Origin: a virus
Strand: one strand, 5' to 3'
Virus record (IMG/VR): IMGVR_UViG_3300022902_000004
Span: 254,268 to 318,267 of that record
Length of the DNA: 64,000 bases
This document shows, piece by piece, positions 8,698-18,088 of this stretch (its first letter is position 1; each line of letters opens with the position of its first letter). The notes under the pieces are model-generated. The model was not told the DNA's origin, made no database searches, and worked only from the letters and a program-made list of their open reading frames with translations. The translations under genes were made by a program, and so were the position numbers.

Positions 8698-8951
8698 GGT
8701 AATATTCTCCGCAGGGCTTCCAGGTCCCGGATTTGCCACCGATAACGCCAATCACTCTCGAACAATGTTCGCCTGACAATAACACCATCACAAATCTCAC
8801 GGGTTTGTGTGTCGCCAAACGGAGCCAAGCTGAGTTTGAGCAAAAGTGCAGTCATGATTCGTTCTTTGTCTGTGAACTTCGTGTACCTTCGAATCCGATT
8901 GGCAACGACAAAGGTACCGACGTCATAAAAACGCCAATCAGAATCTGTCAT
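8694..8951 (-). CDS. hypothetical protein
   Basis: Trimmed to MTDSDWRFYD; ATGA overlap. Confidence 0.45.
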   Translation of the reverse strand: MTDSDWRFYDVGTFVVANRIRRYTKFTDKERIMTALLLKLSLAPFGDTQTREICDGVIVRRTLFESDWRYRWQIRDLEALRRILP

Positions 8952-9196
8952 GAAATTGTGTCCGGCTGGCAAAGATCGAACAGCTCAAGGGCTTTCGACA
9001 CAACATGCGCAGGGACCACGGCTTCCTTACCATCATCGATCCAGACGATGTTCGAAATCTCCACCTGATCTGTTTCACCGGAAACCTCGAAACCAAATGT
9101 GTTATCACCGAATCCTCGTGTGACAAACACGACCGGCTCGGTCGGGCTGTATGGATATTTCACTTCGTAACGCCATGCGTCTTGTCTAATCTTCAT
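8948..9196 (-). CDS. hypothetical protein
   Basis: Trimmed to MKIRQDAW with a GAGGAGAAAG RBS. Confidence 0.45.
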   Translation of the reverse strand: MKIRQDAWRYEVKYPYSPTEPVVFVTRGFGDNTFGFEVSGETDQVEISNIVWIDDGKEAVVPAHVVSKALELFDLCQPDTIS

Positions 9197-9557
9197 TTGC
9201 TTTCTCCTCACTTCCAGAACAACCACCAGAACAGTCACCAGAGCACCCTGATTTTACCGATACCGGTTTATCCCCACAACATCCTCCGGACGTCTGGGTG
9301 GGCTCCTGGGGTTCACGAATGGGCCCTCTGTTGGTCTGTACCGTAACGATATCAACACCTTTGCCGGCTAAAGACAAAGCGTTCAAGGTGTTCCAGTACT
9401 TATTATAATCTGAGCCAACAGCCAAAGCAAAAGGTTTCTTTTCACCCTCGTCTTCAACGGTAACGTCGAACCCACCATGCTGGCATAGCATCTCACCGAG
9501 AAATGCAGCCATGGCGGATTTACCCTCGCCAGCCCCTGCCGAAATCGTAATCTTCAT
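9186..9557 (-). CDS. small P-loop-like protein with Cys/Gly-rich tail
   Basis: ITISAGAGEGKS resembles a nucleotide-binding loop. C-terminal CCGD ... CSGDCSGGCSGS. Confidence 0.5.
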   Translation of the reverse strand: MKITISAGAGEGKSAMAAFLGEMLCQHGGFDVTVEDEGEKKPFALAVGSDYNKYWNTLNALSLAGKGVDIVTVQTNRGPIREPQEPTQTSGGCCGDKPVSVKSGCSGDCSGGCSGSEEKANED

Positions 9558-10226
9558 TTAGTCATTCACCTTCGACATCATTTCGACGTCAGTGTAGAGA
9601 TTCCACACACACCAGTAGTTGTAAACGGCGTTGCCGCCGTCGGTGTATGTCAAGCCCATGCCATCGGCCTTCTTTTTCGCCTTTTCGGCAATATATTTTG
9701 AAAGCACTTTTGCCTTGTCAAGATCACTGACTTTTACATCTTCCAGGAGCGAAATCATTTCCTCAAGACTGCCTTTCAGTCCATGGAAGTGGTACGTCAT
9801 ATTTTTATAACTCGCGGCGTGCTTCTTGGCACGTTTCGCCAGCACTTCTGGTGCAAGGTCTTCGAACTCCCAATCACCTGGGATTCCGTAACAGAAACTC
9901 TCGGTATAATCGTTCCGGTTACCACGGCCGACGAAGAGTTGGGGATCCACCAGGCATGCCTCGTACTCTTTCTGACCGAGACCAATCACATGGCAAATCA
10001 AATCGCTCCAGGAATCATCACCGCACCCGATTTGGGTGTGATATTGCCACATCTTGTTATCGAGGTTGTTTCGCAGGAAATCGAAATGATTCTCGAAAGC
10101 CTGCGTGTACTGCGTTCCCTTCTGCATGAAGTAAATCTTGATAGCCTTGTAGTCGGTGGTTTTGGTGCCCCACCCGAACTCGTCGACCTGGTTCCAGAAC
10201 TCTTGACGTGTCATTACCATTTTCAT
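9558..10226 (-). CDS. hypothetical protein (222 aa)
   Basis: AGGAGAGG RBS. Confidence 0.6.
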   Translation of the reverse strand: MKMVMTRQEFWNQVDEFGWGTKTTDYKAIKIYFMQKGTQYTQAFENHFDFLRNNLDNKMWQYHTQIGCGDDSWSDLICHVIGLGQKEYEACLVDPQLFVGRGNRNDYTESFCYGIPGDWEFEDLAPEVLAKRAKKHAASYKNMTYHFHGLKGSLEEMISLLEDVKVSDLDKAKVLSKYIAEKAKKKADGMGLTYTDGGNAVYNYWCVWNLYTDVEMMSKVND

Positions 10227-10239
10227 GTCCTCTCCTGGT

Positions 10240-10287
10240 CATCCAGGGTACATAGATATTATACCACGATTTTCGTAGTTTTACACG
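10240..10287 (-). promoter_or_regulatory. repeated early-promoter cassette
   Basis: atccagggtacatagatattataccacg ... ttttacacg. Confidence 0.45.
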
Positions 10288-10492
10288 TTTTCAAACTGAG
10301 TGCCTCACTGAGATCGATATTCTCTTGCCGCAACCGGAAAATCTCAGCCATCAGCTCGTCCGGCGATGAACGCACCGTGAGCTCGTTTGGGCCTGATCCA
10401 GGTGTGGCGTTCTCAAGGAAACACTCGTAGCACCAGTGGACATCATCGTCTTCAAGAGTGCTTCCGCACAATCCGCAGGTTCGTACATTCAT
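10259..10492 (-). CDS. small zinc-ribbon protein (CGLCG ... CYEC)
   Basis: CxxC...CxxC motif; paralog of 10492..10770. Confidence 0.5.
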   Translation of the reverse strand: MNVRTCGLCGSTLEDDDVHWCYECFLENATPGSGPNELTVRSSPDELMAEIFRLRQENIDLSEALSLKTCKTTKIVV

Positions 10493-10770
10493 TATTTCGT
10501 CTCCACTCGTTCGACACCATTGTCATCCAAGAATTTCTGGCACCGCTTGGTCCAGTCATCCACATCGATAGTCTTACCCGGGTCAACATATGATCGAGAG
10601 ATCCATCCTGAGGCCCATGCCTTTTCGACAACACCGCGCAGACGAACAATTTCTGCTTCGGCCTTGTTGAATTCAGAGAGTCCAGAGGGCCATAGGCACT
10701 CGTCGCAAATGACGCCGGTAGCGCCATCCTCAAGTCGATTCTCGCATGATTTGCATTTGACTTTGAACAT
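10492..10770 (-). CDS. small zinc-ribbon protein (CKSC ... CDEC)
   Basis: CxxC...CxxC motif, tandem paralog. Confidence 0.5.
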   Translation of the reverse strand: MFKVKCKSCENRLEDGATGVICDECLWPSGLSEFNKAEAEIVRLRGVVEKAWASGWISRSYVDPGKTIDVDDWTKRCQKFLDDNGVERVETK

Positions 10771-11072
10771 TATTTCGGTCTCCGTGAAAGAAGCAACTCA
10801 ATGTTGTTTCTTGCTGCTTCCATTTTTTGGCGAGCTGAGATATTCGCCGTGTGAATCGTGATTTTGGGTGGGGTGTAGCCGCTCATGACAACCCCTTCTT
10901 CAATCCATAACAGGACGTCGTAGCCCGTGCCTCGCCGATCATCACCTAAATCGTGGTCCAACGAGACTTCCTCAACCTTTTGAGTCTTCAGAAAATGAAT
11001 CACCTCGTCGGGCCAGTAGCACCGGACCCACCCTGGCGGCTCTTTTCTGATATCATCAAGGTAAAGTTTCAT
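10770..11072 (-). CDS. hypothetical protein
   Basis: Trimmed to MKLYLDD with an AAGGAG RBS. ATGA overlap with the upstream gene. Confidence 0.5.
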   Translation of the reverse strand: MKLYLDDIRKEPPGWVRCYWPDEVIHFLKTQKVEEVSLDHDLGDDRRGTGYDVLLWIEEGVVMSGYTPPKITIHTANISARQKMEAARNNIELLLSRRPK

Positions 11073-11275
11073 GGGTGCTCCTTGACGAGGGTCATTTCCT
11101 TTTCCCAAACGTGAAAGGTATCGAGTCCTGATTTTACACGATGCAATTGCGAATCCAATTCGCTTCCGGCATCGATGATCAAACCGAGGGCGCCACGAGC
11201 CCAGAATATGCTTCCATCCTCTGACATGATCGTGGGAATATCATCGTTCGCCTGGACTAAGTCGCCGATTTTCAT
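11069..11275 (-). CDS. small paralog family A protein (MKIGDLV)
   Basis: Trimmed; ATGA overlaps on both sides. Confidence 0.5.
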   Translation of the reverse strand: MKIGDLVQANDDIPTIMSEDGSIFWARGALGLIIDAGSELDSQLHRVKSGLDTFHVWEKEMTLVKEHP

Positions 11276-11487
11276 GCTGACATTCCTGGGATACGTTCGA
11301 GTTCGTTTGGGTAAAGGAAACCATTCTTCAGGCCGCTTTGCACTTTGTAGGCGCTGCGAGGATCTGTTGGCTGTGTAAGCACAAGGCATACATCACCAGG
11401 CATCATTATACCGCCTTCGACGTGGACTTTGGAGTCATCTGCCACTACGACGAGGTCGCCGACTGAAAACTGAACATTATTGCTCAC
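11272..11487 (-). CDS. small paralog family A protein (GDLVVVADD), GTG start
   Basis: Family motif; GAGGT RBS upstream of GTG. Confidence 0.45.
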   Translation of the reverse strand: MSNNVQFSVGDLVVVADDSKVHVEGGIMMPGDVCLVLTQPTDPRSAYKVQSGLKNGFLYPNELERIPGMSA

Positions 11488-11666
11488 GATTTCGGGACCT
11501 CGACAGCGGCGAAGTGGCGATACGCACCAAATTTTGCGCTTTCAACGGCTTCATCGCGCAAGGCGAAGGGAAACCATACACGTGTGGAAAAATGTGGGGC
11601 ACGACCCTTAGGGCGCTCCTCAACACAAACCATCCAGCCGCAGCGACCAGCACCGATGATGACATA

Positions 11667-12119
11667 TCACCCATCAATCAAGATACAATGGGCAACCAGC
11701 GTCGCGTACTCTTTGGGCGCAAGACACCGGCTCGGGAGCGGTTGGGACGAGAATCGGTCCTTTGTCACCTTGTATCCCCTGTTGTCGGGGAAATCCCACA
11801 ACAAGTACACATCAGAATTCAGCATTGTATTATAATGCCGCGGCGAGTGATCACCTCGTTGATGAATGCCCAGCTTCACCGGCTGGTGCATCATAAAATG
11901 GCCCTCAATCTCACGAAGCAAGGCGGCAATGATATTGTCATCACGGGCTGCGATGTACTCTTGGCTATCGTGGTTCAACGCGTGCTCCTCACCTTCCATC
12001 TTTTTCTCTGCAAGATAAATGTCCATGGCGGCATGAACCTCTGTCGCTGTGTGCCCACCATATCGTGGTTGTGTTAGCTCTCGGCCTTTCTTGACCATGG
12101 CATCCCATAGCTTACCCAT
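11667..12119 (-). CDS. hypothetical protein (150 aa)
   Basis: Trimmed to MGKLWDAMVKK with a strong AAGGAGGA RBS. Confidence 0.55.
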   Translation of the reverse strand: MGKLWDAMVKKGRELTQPRYGGHTATEVHAAMDIYLAEKKMEGEEHALNHDSQEYIAARDDNIIAALLREIEGHFMMHQPVKLGIHQRGDHSPRHYNTMLNSDVYLLWDFPDNRGYKVTKDRFSSQPLPSRCLAPKEYATLVAHCILIDG

Positions 12120-12183
12120 CACATCCTCCTTGTTGAATGTGCACCGACCAGGCAACCCCAGCCGATGCACACCCTCTCAATTC

Positions 12184-13302
12184 TTAGCTCGCCACAGCGG
12201 CGGCCTTCGCGATGATTTCGATGACCTCATCACCGAGACCATGCGCGTGGAGCGGGCAAATGTTGACCATTCGCTTGCTGGACATCAACTCGTTCCACAT
12301 GTGAATGAGCTGCTCCTCGGGGCAAGCATGAATGAAGTTGACAATGTGAAGAATCTGGGTCTCGTTCCAGTCATTGTCGAGGTTGTGCTCAACCAGTCGT
12401 TCAATCACTACCATCGACTCGGAAGCCTTCATGGCCTCGACACGCTCCTTGTCAATTTCACCGTCGAGCACCATCTTTGCAGTGATGACCCGCTCATACT
12501 TGGTGATGAACTCGCAGAAGGAGATGGTAGCCTCGTTGCCGACGTAACCATCACACAAACCGAAGAAGAAATCCGGTCGAGCCAGACCAGCCAGCTTCGA
12601 CGGCTGCCAACCTTCGATGCCAGCCAGAGCACCATCCAACTTGTGCCATGAGGCAGGCGTCGGCAGAACCTTGTCCGGATCCTGGCCAGCCGGGTCAACC
12701 CGAAGGTGAATCGGGTTCTGGCGAATGAAGTCGATAAGCAGTGGGTCACACTTGCCTTTGGCCCAAGCGATCCAGTCCTCGGTAGTGCACTCGATGTCCT
12801 GAGTCCAGAAACGACGCAGCAGAGCCGGGTCAACCTGGGTCACGTCATACTCGGAACCGAAGTTACCGCAAGCCACAACCCGTGACTCAGGGTGAAGCGT
12901 CATCGGCATACCACCGGCATCATTACCGAGACTACGGTCCAAGACCACCTGGAAGAACGCCTGCATCACCTGAGGCATGGAGCGATTGATTTCATCCAGC
13001 AGGATGACACAAGGCTCCTTACATGCACGCACAAACCAACTCGGCAGCACGAAGGTCGCAACCCCATGCTCCTTGGAGGCGATGAAGTCCGGAATACCGG
13101 TTACCTTCGACTCATCCATGGTCGAACCACGAACATCAATCATGGGTAAACCCAGGACCTCAGCCAGGTCAGCCGCGAGGAAACTCTTACCAATGCCGGT
13201 CGGACCGCGCATCAAGATGGCATCCTTGGCAGGCAGTTTGGGGGCGAGAAACTTGAAGGTTGCGATATCCATTTGACAGACTCCATTCATGCAGCGGGTC
13301 AT
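12184..13302 (-). CDS. AAA+ ATPase, MoxR/CobS-like (AAA_5)
   Basis: Walker A GPTGIGKS and Walker B ILLDEINR. Alternative start MDIATFKF at 13272, which has a GGAG RBS. Confidence 0.8.
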   Translation of the reverse strand: MTRCMNGVCQMDIATFKFLAPKLPAKDAILMRGPTGIGKSFLAADLAEVLGLPMIDVRGSTMDESKVTGIPDFIASKEHGVATFVLPSWFVRACKEPCVILLDEINRSMPQVMQAFFQVVLDRSLGNDAGGMPMTLHPESRVVACGNFGSEYDVTQVDPALLRRFWTQDIECTTEDWIAWAKGKCDPLLIDFIRQNPIHLRVDPAGQDPDKVLPTPASWHKLDGALAGIEGWQPSKLAGLARPDFFFGLCDGYVGNEATISFCEFITKYERVITAKMVLDGEIDKERVEAMKASESMVVIERLVEHNLDNDWNETQILHIVNFIHACPEEQLIHMWNELMSSKRMVNICPLHAHGLGDEVIEIIAKAAAVAS

Positions 13303-13304
13303 CC

Positions 13305-13349
13305 CGCCTTACACTTCTATTATACCACGATTTTCTGACTCTTACACAA
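13305..13349 (-). promoter_or_regulatory. repeated early-promoter cassette (variant)
   Basis: ccttacacttctattataccacg ... cttacaca. Confidence 0.4.
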
Positions 13350-13518
13350 AACTCACGTGTTTTTGTCGTTTCTTTTTGTAACTTTTTCGACGTTCCCAAT
13401 CGGGGCGGTCGATAAGTTTCAGCATGCCAATGGCACCCTGTTCAATCCACAGGGCTGTAGTCCCACCGATGACAGGAACACATCGTGCCGTCAGGCGAAT
13501 CAGATCTCCGTTTTTCAT
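13342..13518 (-). CDS. small paralog family A protein (MKNGDLIRL)
   Basis: Trimmed; ATGA overlap with 13515..13781. Confidence 0.45.
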   Translation of the reverse strand: MKNGDLIRLTARCVPVIGGTTALWIEQGAIGMLKLIDRPDWERRKSYKKKRQKHVSFV

Positions 13519-13781
13519 AGTCCCACCATTTCTTCGATGCGAATCAGGTAATCGTAAAACTCGGAGAACACATGCTTCGCAGTAAAGTCTCCGCCCAGGT
13601 TTCCGATGTGATGGAGGGCTTCCTGCATGTCGATTTCGCAATCGAAGCTAACCAGCCACTCATCCTCATCAAGAAAGCCATCCCGCACCTGAATCCCATC
13701 GCATTCTTCGAGGATGTCTACAACATCTTTCTGTTTCAGGGCCACTGCGTCGAAGTCAATGTCATCGAATGGGTTTATCAT
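13515..13781 (-). CDS. small paralog family B protein (DEWLVSFD)
   Basis: AGGAGA RBS. Confidence 0.5.
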   Translation of the reverse strand: MINPFDDIDFDAVALKQKDVVDILEECDGIQVRDGFLDEDEWLVSFDCEIDMQEALHHIGNLGGDFTAKHVFSEFYDYLIRIEEMVGL

Positions 13782-13789
13782 GGGGTCTC

Positions 13790-13996
13790 CTAGTACTTAC
13801 GACCGATTGTCATATGAGGGGTGCCATTGATGAGTGAGAAGATTCCTTCCCATGTGGTGTGGGTTCGGTTGAACTCAACGATGTCCTGTCTGGCCTTCTT
13901 GGCCATCAATCGGACGTACTCATCATGATGCATGACACAGACGAAGTCATCAACGACCTCGGCACCGGGTTTGCACATGTGGCATATATGTTTCAT
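13790..13996 (-). CDS. small Cys/His-rich protein
   Basis: Trimmed to MKHICHMCKPG. The MFMLPGRF extension is a promoter artefact. Confidence 0.5.
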   Translation of the reverse strand: MKHICHMCKPGAEVVDDFVCVMHHDEYVRLMAKKARQDIVEFNRTHTTWEGIFSLINGTPHMTIGRKY

Positions 13997-14017
13997 GGGT
14001 CTCCATGGGTCCGGGAA

Positions 14018-14066
14018 CCTCCCCGGCAACATAAACATTATATCATGCCAGGAGACGTTTTACACG
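14018..14066 (-). promoter_or_regulatory. repeated early-promoter cassette
   Basis: ctccccggcaacataaacattatatcatg ... ttttacacg. Confidence 0.45.
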
Positions 14067-14078
14067 TTTATCACGAAT

Positions 14079-14357
14079 CTAGTCTCGAGCGTAATAGCCA
14101 TGAACAATGGCCTGAACTCGGTCGAAATTCATTAGCCCACCCCTTTTGACGGATTCCAAATCATCTTCAGCATCGAGGAATCTTGACCACGCCATTTGAT
14201 AACGACCTCCGCCAACGAGCCTCATTTTGTTTAGGTAGACTTGGGCATCATCGAACGCTTGTTGTGCAATCATAAGATCACGTTTGTTGTTCGCGGCACG
14301 TTCTTGACGTGTGGGAGCGGCCCCAGAGCCCCATTCTGGCCTGTCACTAAACTTCAT
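14079..14357 (-). CDS. hypothetical protein (92 aa)
   Basis: ORF in the gene chain. Confidence 0.45.
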   Translation of the reverse strand: MKFSDRPEWGSGAAPTRQERAANNKRDLMIAQQAFDDAQVYLNKMRLVGGGRYQMAWSRFLDAEDDLESVKRGGLMNFDRVQAIVHGYYARD

Positions 14358-14659
14358 GAGTTGCGGTAATATGCTTTGAGCATCTTGTTCAGTTCAGACT
14401 TGATTCGCTTTGCATCCGGACCCCGGAAGGATCGTGAGTTCGTCAAAAAGTACGTGACGATTGAACTGGCGCTGTCCATCCCATAACGATCATGAATTGA
14501 ATCCAGGGAGCGCATGGCATCCAGGTAAGGTCGGGCAGTATAGTGAACATTCGGCCAGGCACTTTCGATCTCATCAGCGATTTCGCGAATGGCCCGTGGA
14601 CCCTTGTTAGCAACAACCTGCTCGACGAGTTTCTGGAGATTCTTCTTTGTAATTTTCAT
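14354..14659 (-). CDS. hypothetical protein
   Basis: Trimmed to MKITKKNLQK with an AAAGGA RBS. Preceded by an atypical TATAAAT promoter-like element. Confidence 0.5.
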   Translation of the reverse strand: MKITKKNLQKLVEQVVANKGPRAIREIADEIESAWPNVHYTARPYLDAMRSLDSIHDRYGMDSASSIVTYFLTNSRSFRGPDAKRIKSELNKMLKAYYRNS

Positions 14660-14710
14660 AATGTGTCCTTTGTCATGCGCATAAATATTGTCATGCACAT
14701 GAAAATGTAT

Positions 14711-15049
14711 TTATACTCGCCCGGGTGAGCGCACAGGTTTTCCAAGATACAACGTTGTCTCGGGATCGAATTGGTTATTGTTCCACCAGTGCTCATTAGG
14801 GATTTCCATATCAGTCGGGTAAATCACGGCAGGCAGGAAATACCTTTCTCCGTTTTCACGGGTTTGATGATCCCGATGACGCATGTGGTTTTTCCAGTAA
14901 TTGATAATGCCGAAGGTATCGACGAGGATGTATTGAGATACGGCTTTCAAAATCAGGATTGCATCATCTGTTTGAGCGTCGTTTTTGATTTCAACGATGT
15001 CCTCGGTCCCGAGAAGTCGTGTAACTGATGTGAGTTGTTCGGCTGTCAT
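14711..15049 (-). CDS. MTPxQ-leader superfamily protein (MTAEQLTSVTRLLG)
   Basis: Family D N-terminal helix. Confidence 0.55.
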   Translation of the reverse strand: MTAEQLTSVTRLLGTEDIVEIKNDAQTDDAILILKAVSQYILVDTFGIINYWKNHMRHRDHQTRENGERYFLPAVIYPTDMEIPNEHWWNNNQFDPETTLYLGKPVRSPGRV

Positions 15050-15273
15050 TAGAGCTTTTTCCGGATGTCGCTATGCTTCCACATGGAGTCTGTAGGTGAC
15101 TGAGTTCCCAGACCATACCCTCGTTTGTGATCCCACCCACTTCGGTAGCCTTCTTCCCAGCCTGCCCTGACGAGGGCACGAAGGCGCTCGATTTCAAGAT
15201 CCCGGGCCGTAATGTGAGCTTCAGCCTCAATGAGGCGCGCCTGAAAGTGAACCGCAACGGTGTTATTGCTCAT
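15049..15273 (-). CDS. hypothetical coiled-coil protein
   Basis: Trimmed to MSNNTVAVHF with a GGAGAAAC RBS. Confidence 0.45.
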   Translation of the reverse strand: MSNNTVAVHFQARLIEAEAHITARDLEIERLRALVRAGWEEGYRSGWDHKRGYGLGTQSPTDSMWKHSDIRKKL

Positions 15274-15493
15274 CTGTTTCTCCTGTTTCCTTGGTGACCA
15301 CACTTTGAACTTCGTGGGTATCGATCCAGATATGGTCGTAACATGGGCCTTTCTCGCTCTCACACATACCGCTCCAGCCTCGAGGACTGAATTTGTCTTT
15401 GCGGATATCAGCGGCCTCGGGGTTGTCGTAAACAGCAACGATGTGGGAGCCTTCCCAGTCATTCCCGCCCATCACGATCCAAACGGTATTCAT
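15263..15493 (-). CDS. hypothetical protein
   Basis: Trimmed to MNTVWIVMGG with a GGAGGAA RBS. Confidence 0.5.
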   Translation of the reverse strand: MNTVWIVMGGNDWEGSHIVAVYDNPEAADIRKDKFSPRGWSGMCESEKGPCYDHIWIDTHEVQSVVTKETGETDEQ

Positions 15494-15720
15494 TCTGATT
15501 CCTCCACAACTTTCCATTCACAAACATTCTTCTTGGCAACACCGTCTTTGCAGGCACATGCCTCACGAGCAGCTTTCCACTCACCTTGATAAGGGGTGCA
15601 CACGATGTCACAGACTTGCTTATTGGAGTGAGCTTCGCCTGCTGTTAGCGCGGCACCTCCAACAAGAGGTGCGCAGCATACGACTAACAGGTAGAGAAAT
15701 AATTTGGCGTAGTCATTCAT
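15490..15720 (-). CDS. secreted Cys-rich small protein (signal peptide)
   Basis: N-terminal hydrophobic LFLYLLVVCCAPLVGGAA and 8 Cys. ATGA overlap. Confidence 0.5.
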   Translation of the reverse strand: MNDYAKLFLYLLVVCCAPLVGGAALTAGEAHSNKQVCDIVCTPYQGEWKAAREACACKDGVAKKNVCEWKVVEESE

Positions 15721-15742
15721 TTACATTCCTCCGGAAAAATTT

Positions 15743-16018
15743 CTAGGATTTCCCGAACTTGGCCAGGCGAGCCCGCCCAGTATCGGTGATGTAGACCCTT
15801 TCCTGCTTCTTGGTCCAGTAGCCATACTCAATTCCCTGCATCCTGCACCAGGGGTTGCCTCCACCATGGAAGTACCAGCCATAATGAAGCGACGCACCCT
15901 TGACGAGGGGTTTCCCGTTTCGAAACATCAGCAAACGCTGGACGTCGGCAGCTTTGATGCCAGGGGTGCCCTCGATGGTGGTCAGGATATATTTCAGGTT
16001 CTTATGATTCTTTGCCAT
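15743..16018 (-). CDS. hypothetical protein
   Basis: Trimmed to MAKNHKNLKY with a GGAGG RBS. Confidence 0.5.
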   Translation of the reverse strand: MAKNHKNLKYILTTIEGTPGIKAADVQRLLMFRNGKPLVKGASLHYGWYFHGGGNPWCRMQGIEYGYWTKKQERVYITDTGRARLAKFGKS

Positions 16019-16033
16019 GATGGCCTCCAACAT

Positions 16034-16342
16034 TCAAGCGCCCGGTTCATCCCGTTCGCATATACATTGTACCACACTTGGGTGCATTTTACACGTGCTG
16101 GGCCGCAAGGCTGCTTCAAAATCATATTCTGCGTCATCCATGGTTTCATAGGACACATTCAAAACCTTGATGCCTTTCTTGTCGTAGTGAGCCGCCGAGC
16201 CGAGCGGGTGAACTGCGACTCGACCATTGCAAAGTTCCAACCACCACACGGGTTCATAATCGATCTGCGGCCACTCATCCATGTGCGTAACATAACCGGT
16301 GCCGACCATTTTGGTGACGATGGTGAGTTGTTCAGGTGACAT
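16034..16342 (-). CDS. MTPxQ-leader superfamily protein (MSPEQLTIVTKMVG)
   Basis: Trimmed; family D. Confidence 0.5.
   Translation of the reverse strand: MSPEQLTIVTKMVGTGYVTHMDEWPQIDYEPVWWLELCNGRVAVHPLGSAAHYDKKGIKVLNVSYETMDDAEYDFEAALRPSTCKMHPSVVQCICERDEPGA
16048..16095 (-). promoter_or_regulatory. repeated early-promoter cassette (variant TGGTACAAT)
   Basis: catcccgttcgcatatacattgtaccaca ... ttttacacg. Confidence 0.4.
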
Positions 16343-16598
16343 AAGTGTCTTCCCAGGTACGACGCAAGGCAAGCTTAAAGTCATACCACTTATCGTTCAT
16401 CCGCCCATAAGCAATAATGCTAATCCGATCACCCTCGAAATCATAGTGTTCTGCAGACCCGTTTGGGTAAATGTCGACGTGGCCGTTTTCAAGACGAATC
16501 GTCATGACGGTACCAGTTGTATAATCGAAGGTTTCCATTTTAAGTACAAGTCCGGTGCCGACCATTTTCGTCACGATGGTGAGTTGCTCCGCGGTCAT
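16332..16598 (-). CDS. MTPxQ-leader superfamily protein (MTAEQLTIVTKMVG)
   Basis: Family D; tandem with neighbours. Confidence 0.55.
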   Translation of the reverse strand: MTAEQLTIVTKMVGTGLVLKMETFDYTTGTVMTIRLENGHVDIYPNGSAEHYDFEGDRISIIAYGRMNDKWYDFKLALRRTWEDTYVT

Positions 16599-16804
16599 TG
16601 ATCGTTCCCGACTTCAGAATAAACTTTGTGGCTGGCAACGAATTCGCCATCAGGACCCCAGTGCAACCAGTCGCCTCTGCGACTAACATCAATATGATCA
16701 CCGGCACATGAGATTACGGTGGTAAATTCATGTGCACTGTCGATGCTTTTCACATTGAATTTGCTCATGAGCTTTGTAACAGTGGCCAGTTCTTGCATGG
16801 TCAT
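16595..16804 (-). CDS. MTPxQ-leader superfamily protein (MTMQELATVTKLM)
   Basis: Family D; ATGA overlaps. Confidence 0.5.
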   Translation of the reverse strand: MTMQELATVTKLMSKFNVKSIDSAHEFTTVISCAGDHIDVSRRGDWLHWGPDGEFVASHKVYSEVGNDQ

Positions 16805-17022
16805 TTGGTTTCCTGCATTGCCCAGGCGGTATATTCAATTAGGGTGCTCCCAGGTTTCGGCATGCCTTCGGCATCCTTCGGTCGAACACCGAGTCGAAGC
16901 TCGATAACATCCATGGCCCTGGCGGTATTGTCACCGGTGGCCAATGAAGGTGTTTGCAACACTTGAAAGGCAGACAGCAATTGAAGCAATTCCATGATGC
17001 CTTTAGGAGGAACGGTTTTCAT
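16801..17022 (-). CDS. hypothetical protein (73 aa)
   Basis: ATGA overlap. Confidence 0.4.
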   Translation of the reverse strand: MKTVPPKGIMELLQLLSAFQVLQTPSLATGDNTARAMDVIELRLGVRPKDAEGMPKPGSTLIEYTAWAMQETK

Positions 17023-17031
17023 AACAAAGCC

Positions 17032-17304
17032 TCAGGAAATTTCTGGAAGAACTGTGGCACGAAAGGCGACCCAGCCCGGAATCTCCTGGTAGCAGTCCTT
17101 ACGCGGGTTGCGCAGCTCGATCTTGAAGCCGACCTTGTAATCAAGCTTGGTCCCCATGACAGCATAGGCTTTGTCTCGAGCCTTGCGCGGCGTGGGCGGC
17201 GGGCCATCGACGGTGATGAGATACTCAAGGACGTACTTGCCCTTGTCGCTGTCATCTCGGCGGGTGTGAACGTCATACACATATTTGATTAGTTTAGCTG
17301 TCAT
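17032..17304 (-). CDS. hypothetical protein
   Basis: Trimmed to MTAKLIKYVYD with a GAGGAAATCACA RBS. Confidence 0.45.
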   Translation of the reverse strand: MTAKLIKYVYDVHTRRDDSDKGKYVLEYLITVDGPPPTPRKARDKAYAVMGTKLDYKVGFKIELRNPRKDCYQEIPGWVAFRATVLPEIS

Positions 17305-17554
17305 TGTGATTTCCTCGTTGTACGTAGAGCTTGACAATTGTTTCGCTGGCCGGCTCATCGCCATTCCAAACAATAAATCCTGGGCGGACCTCAACATGCG
17401 GGTAGCCTTCACCCTCATACAAAGTTCGCTGAGAATAGATGGTCTGGCCAGCCCACCTGCGGTGGCTGCCTTGATAGTGGCGCCATTTTTCCCGGATGTG
17501 TTTGTAGAATTCGCGAGTGCTGCCGCAATCTTTTTTGTATTGACGGTTTTTCAT
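17294..17554 (-). CDS. hypothetical protein (86 aa)
   Basis: AGGAGAAAACC RBS. Confidence 0.5.
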   Translation of the reverse strand: MKNRQYKKDCGSTREFYKHIREKWRHYQGSHRRWAGQTIYSQRTLYEGEGYPHVEVRPGFIVWNGDEPASETIVKLYVQRGNHNDS

Positions 17555-17564
17555 GGGTTTTCTC

Positions 17565-17786
17565 CTAGAAAGGTGCCGGGGCTGTATGGGTGATTACATG
17601 GACATTACCGTTACCCCGGGGTTCGAAATATTGGGCACGACCGTCTTCAAAGACATTGGCAAACCCACCGCGAGTAAAGTGAACCTCAACCCGGGTACCC
17701 ATGTCTGGTGGATGAACCATTTTCGAGATTTTATACAGGCCTATCATCTTTGTGATTGTGACCAGTTGTCTCGGTGTCATGGGCAT
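17565..17786 (-). CDS. MTPxQ-leader superfamily protein (MTPRQLVTITKMIG)
   Basis: Family D. Confidence 0.5.
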   Translation of the reverse strand: MPMTPRQLVTITKMIGLYKISKMVHPPDMGTRVEVHFTRGGFANVFEDGRAQYFEPRGNGNVHVITHTAPAPF

Positions 17787-17800
17787 GGTTTACACGTTTC

Positions 17801-18055
17801 CTAAGAGGCGAGGAAGTCGTCCAGGCTGATTTGGCTGGTGATGGTCAGGCGTTCCAGCAGCTGGCGTGGCGCATGATGATGGCGGCCGTTGTAGGTTTCG
17901 AAGTGCTCAGCGCGGCCGTCAGGATGAACATTGACATGGCCGGCCTCAAACATCATTGATATGAACCCGCCCACACTCGGGTGGGCTGTGAACATCTCGG
18001 TGACATCACCTGTGAAGAGCAACTTTGTTGTGATTGAGAGCTGGGCGGCGGTCAT
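17801..18055 (-). CDS. MTPxQ-leader superfamily protein (MTAAQLSITTKLL)
   Basis: Family D. Confidence 0.5.
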   Translation of the reverse strand: MTAAQLSITTKLLFTGDVTEMFTAHPSVGGFISMMFEAGHVNVHPDGRAEHFETYNGRHHHAPRQLLERLTITSQISLDDFLAS

Positions 18056-18088
18056 TGCGATTTTTCTCCCGAGAATTTTTTGCGAGCC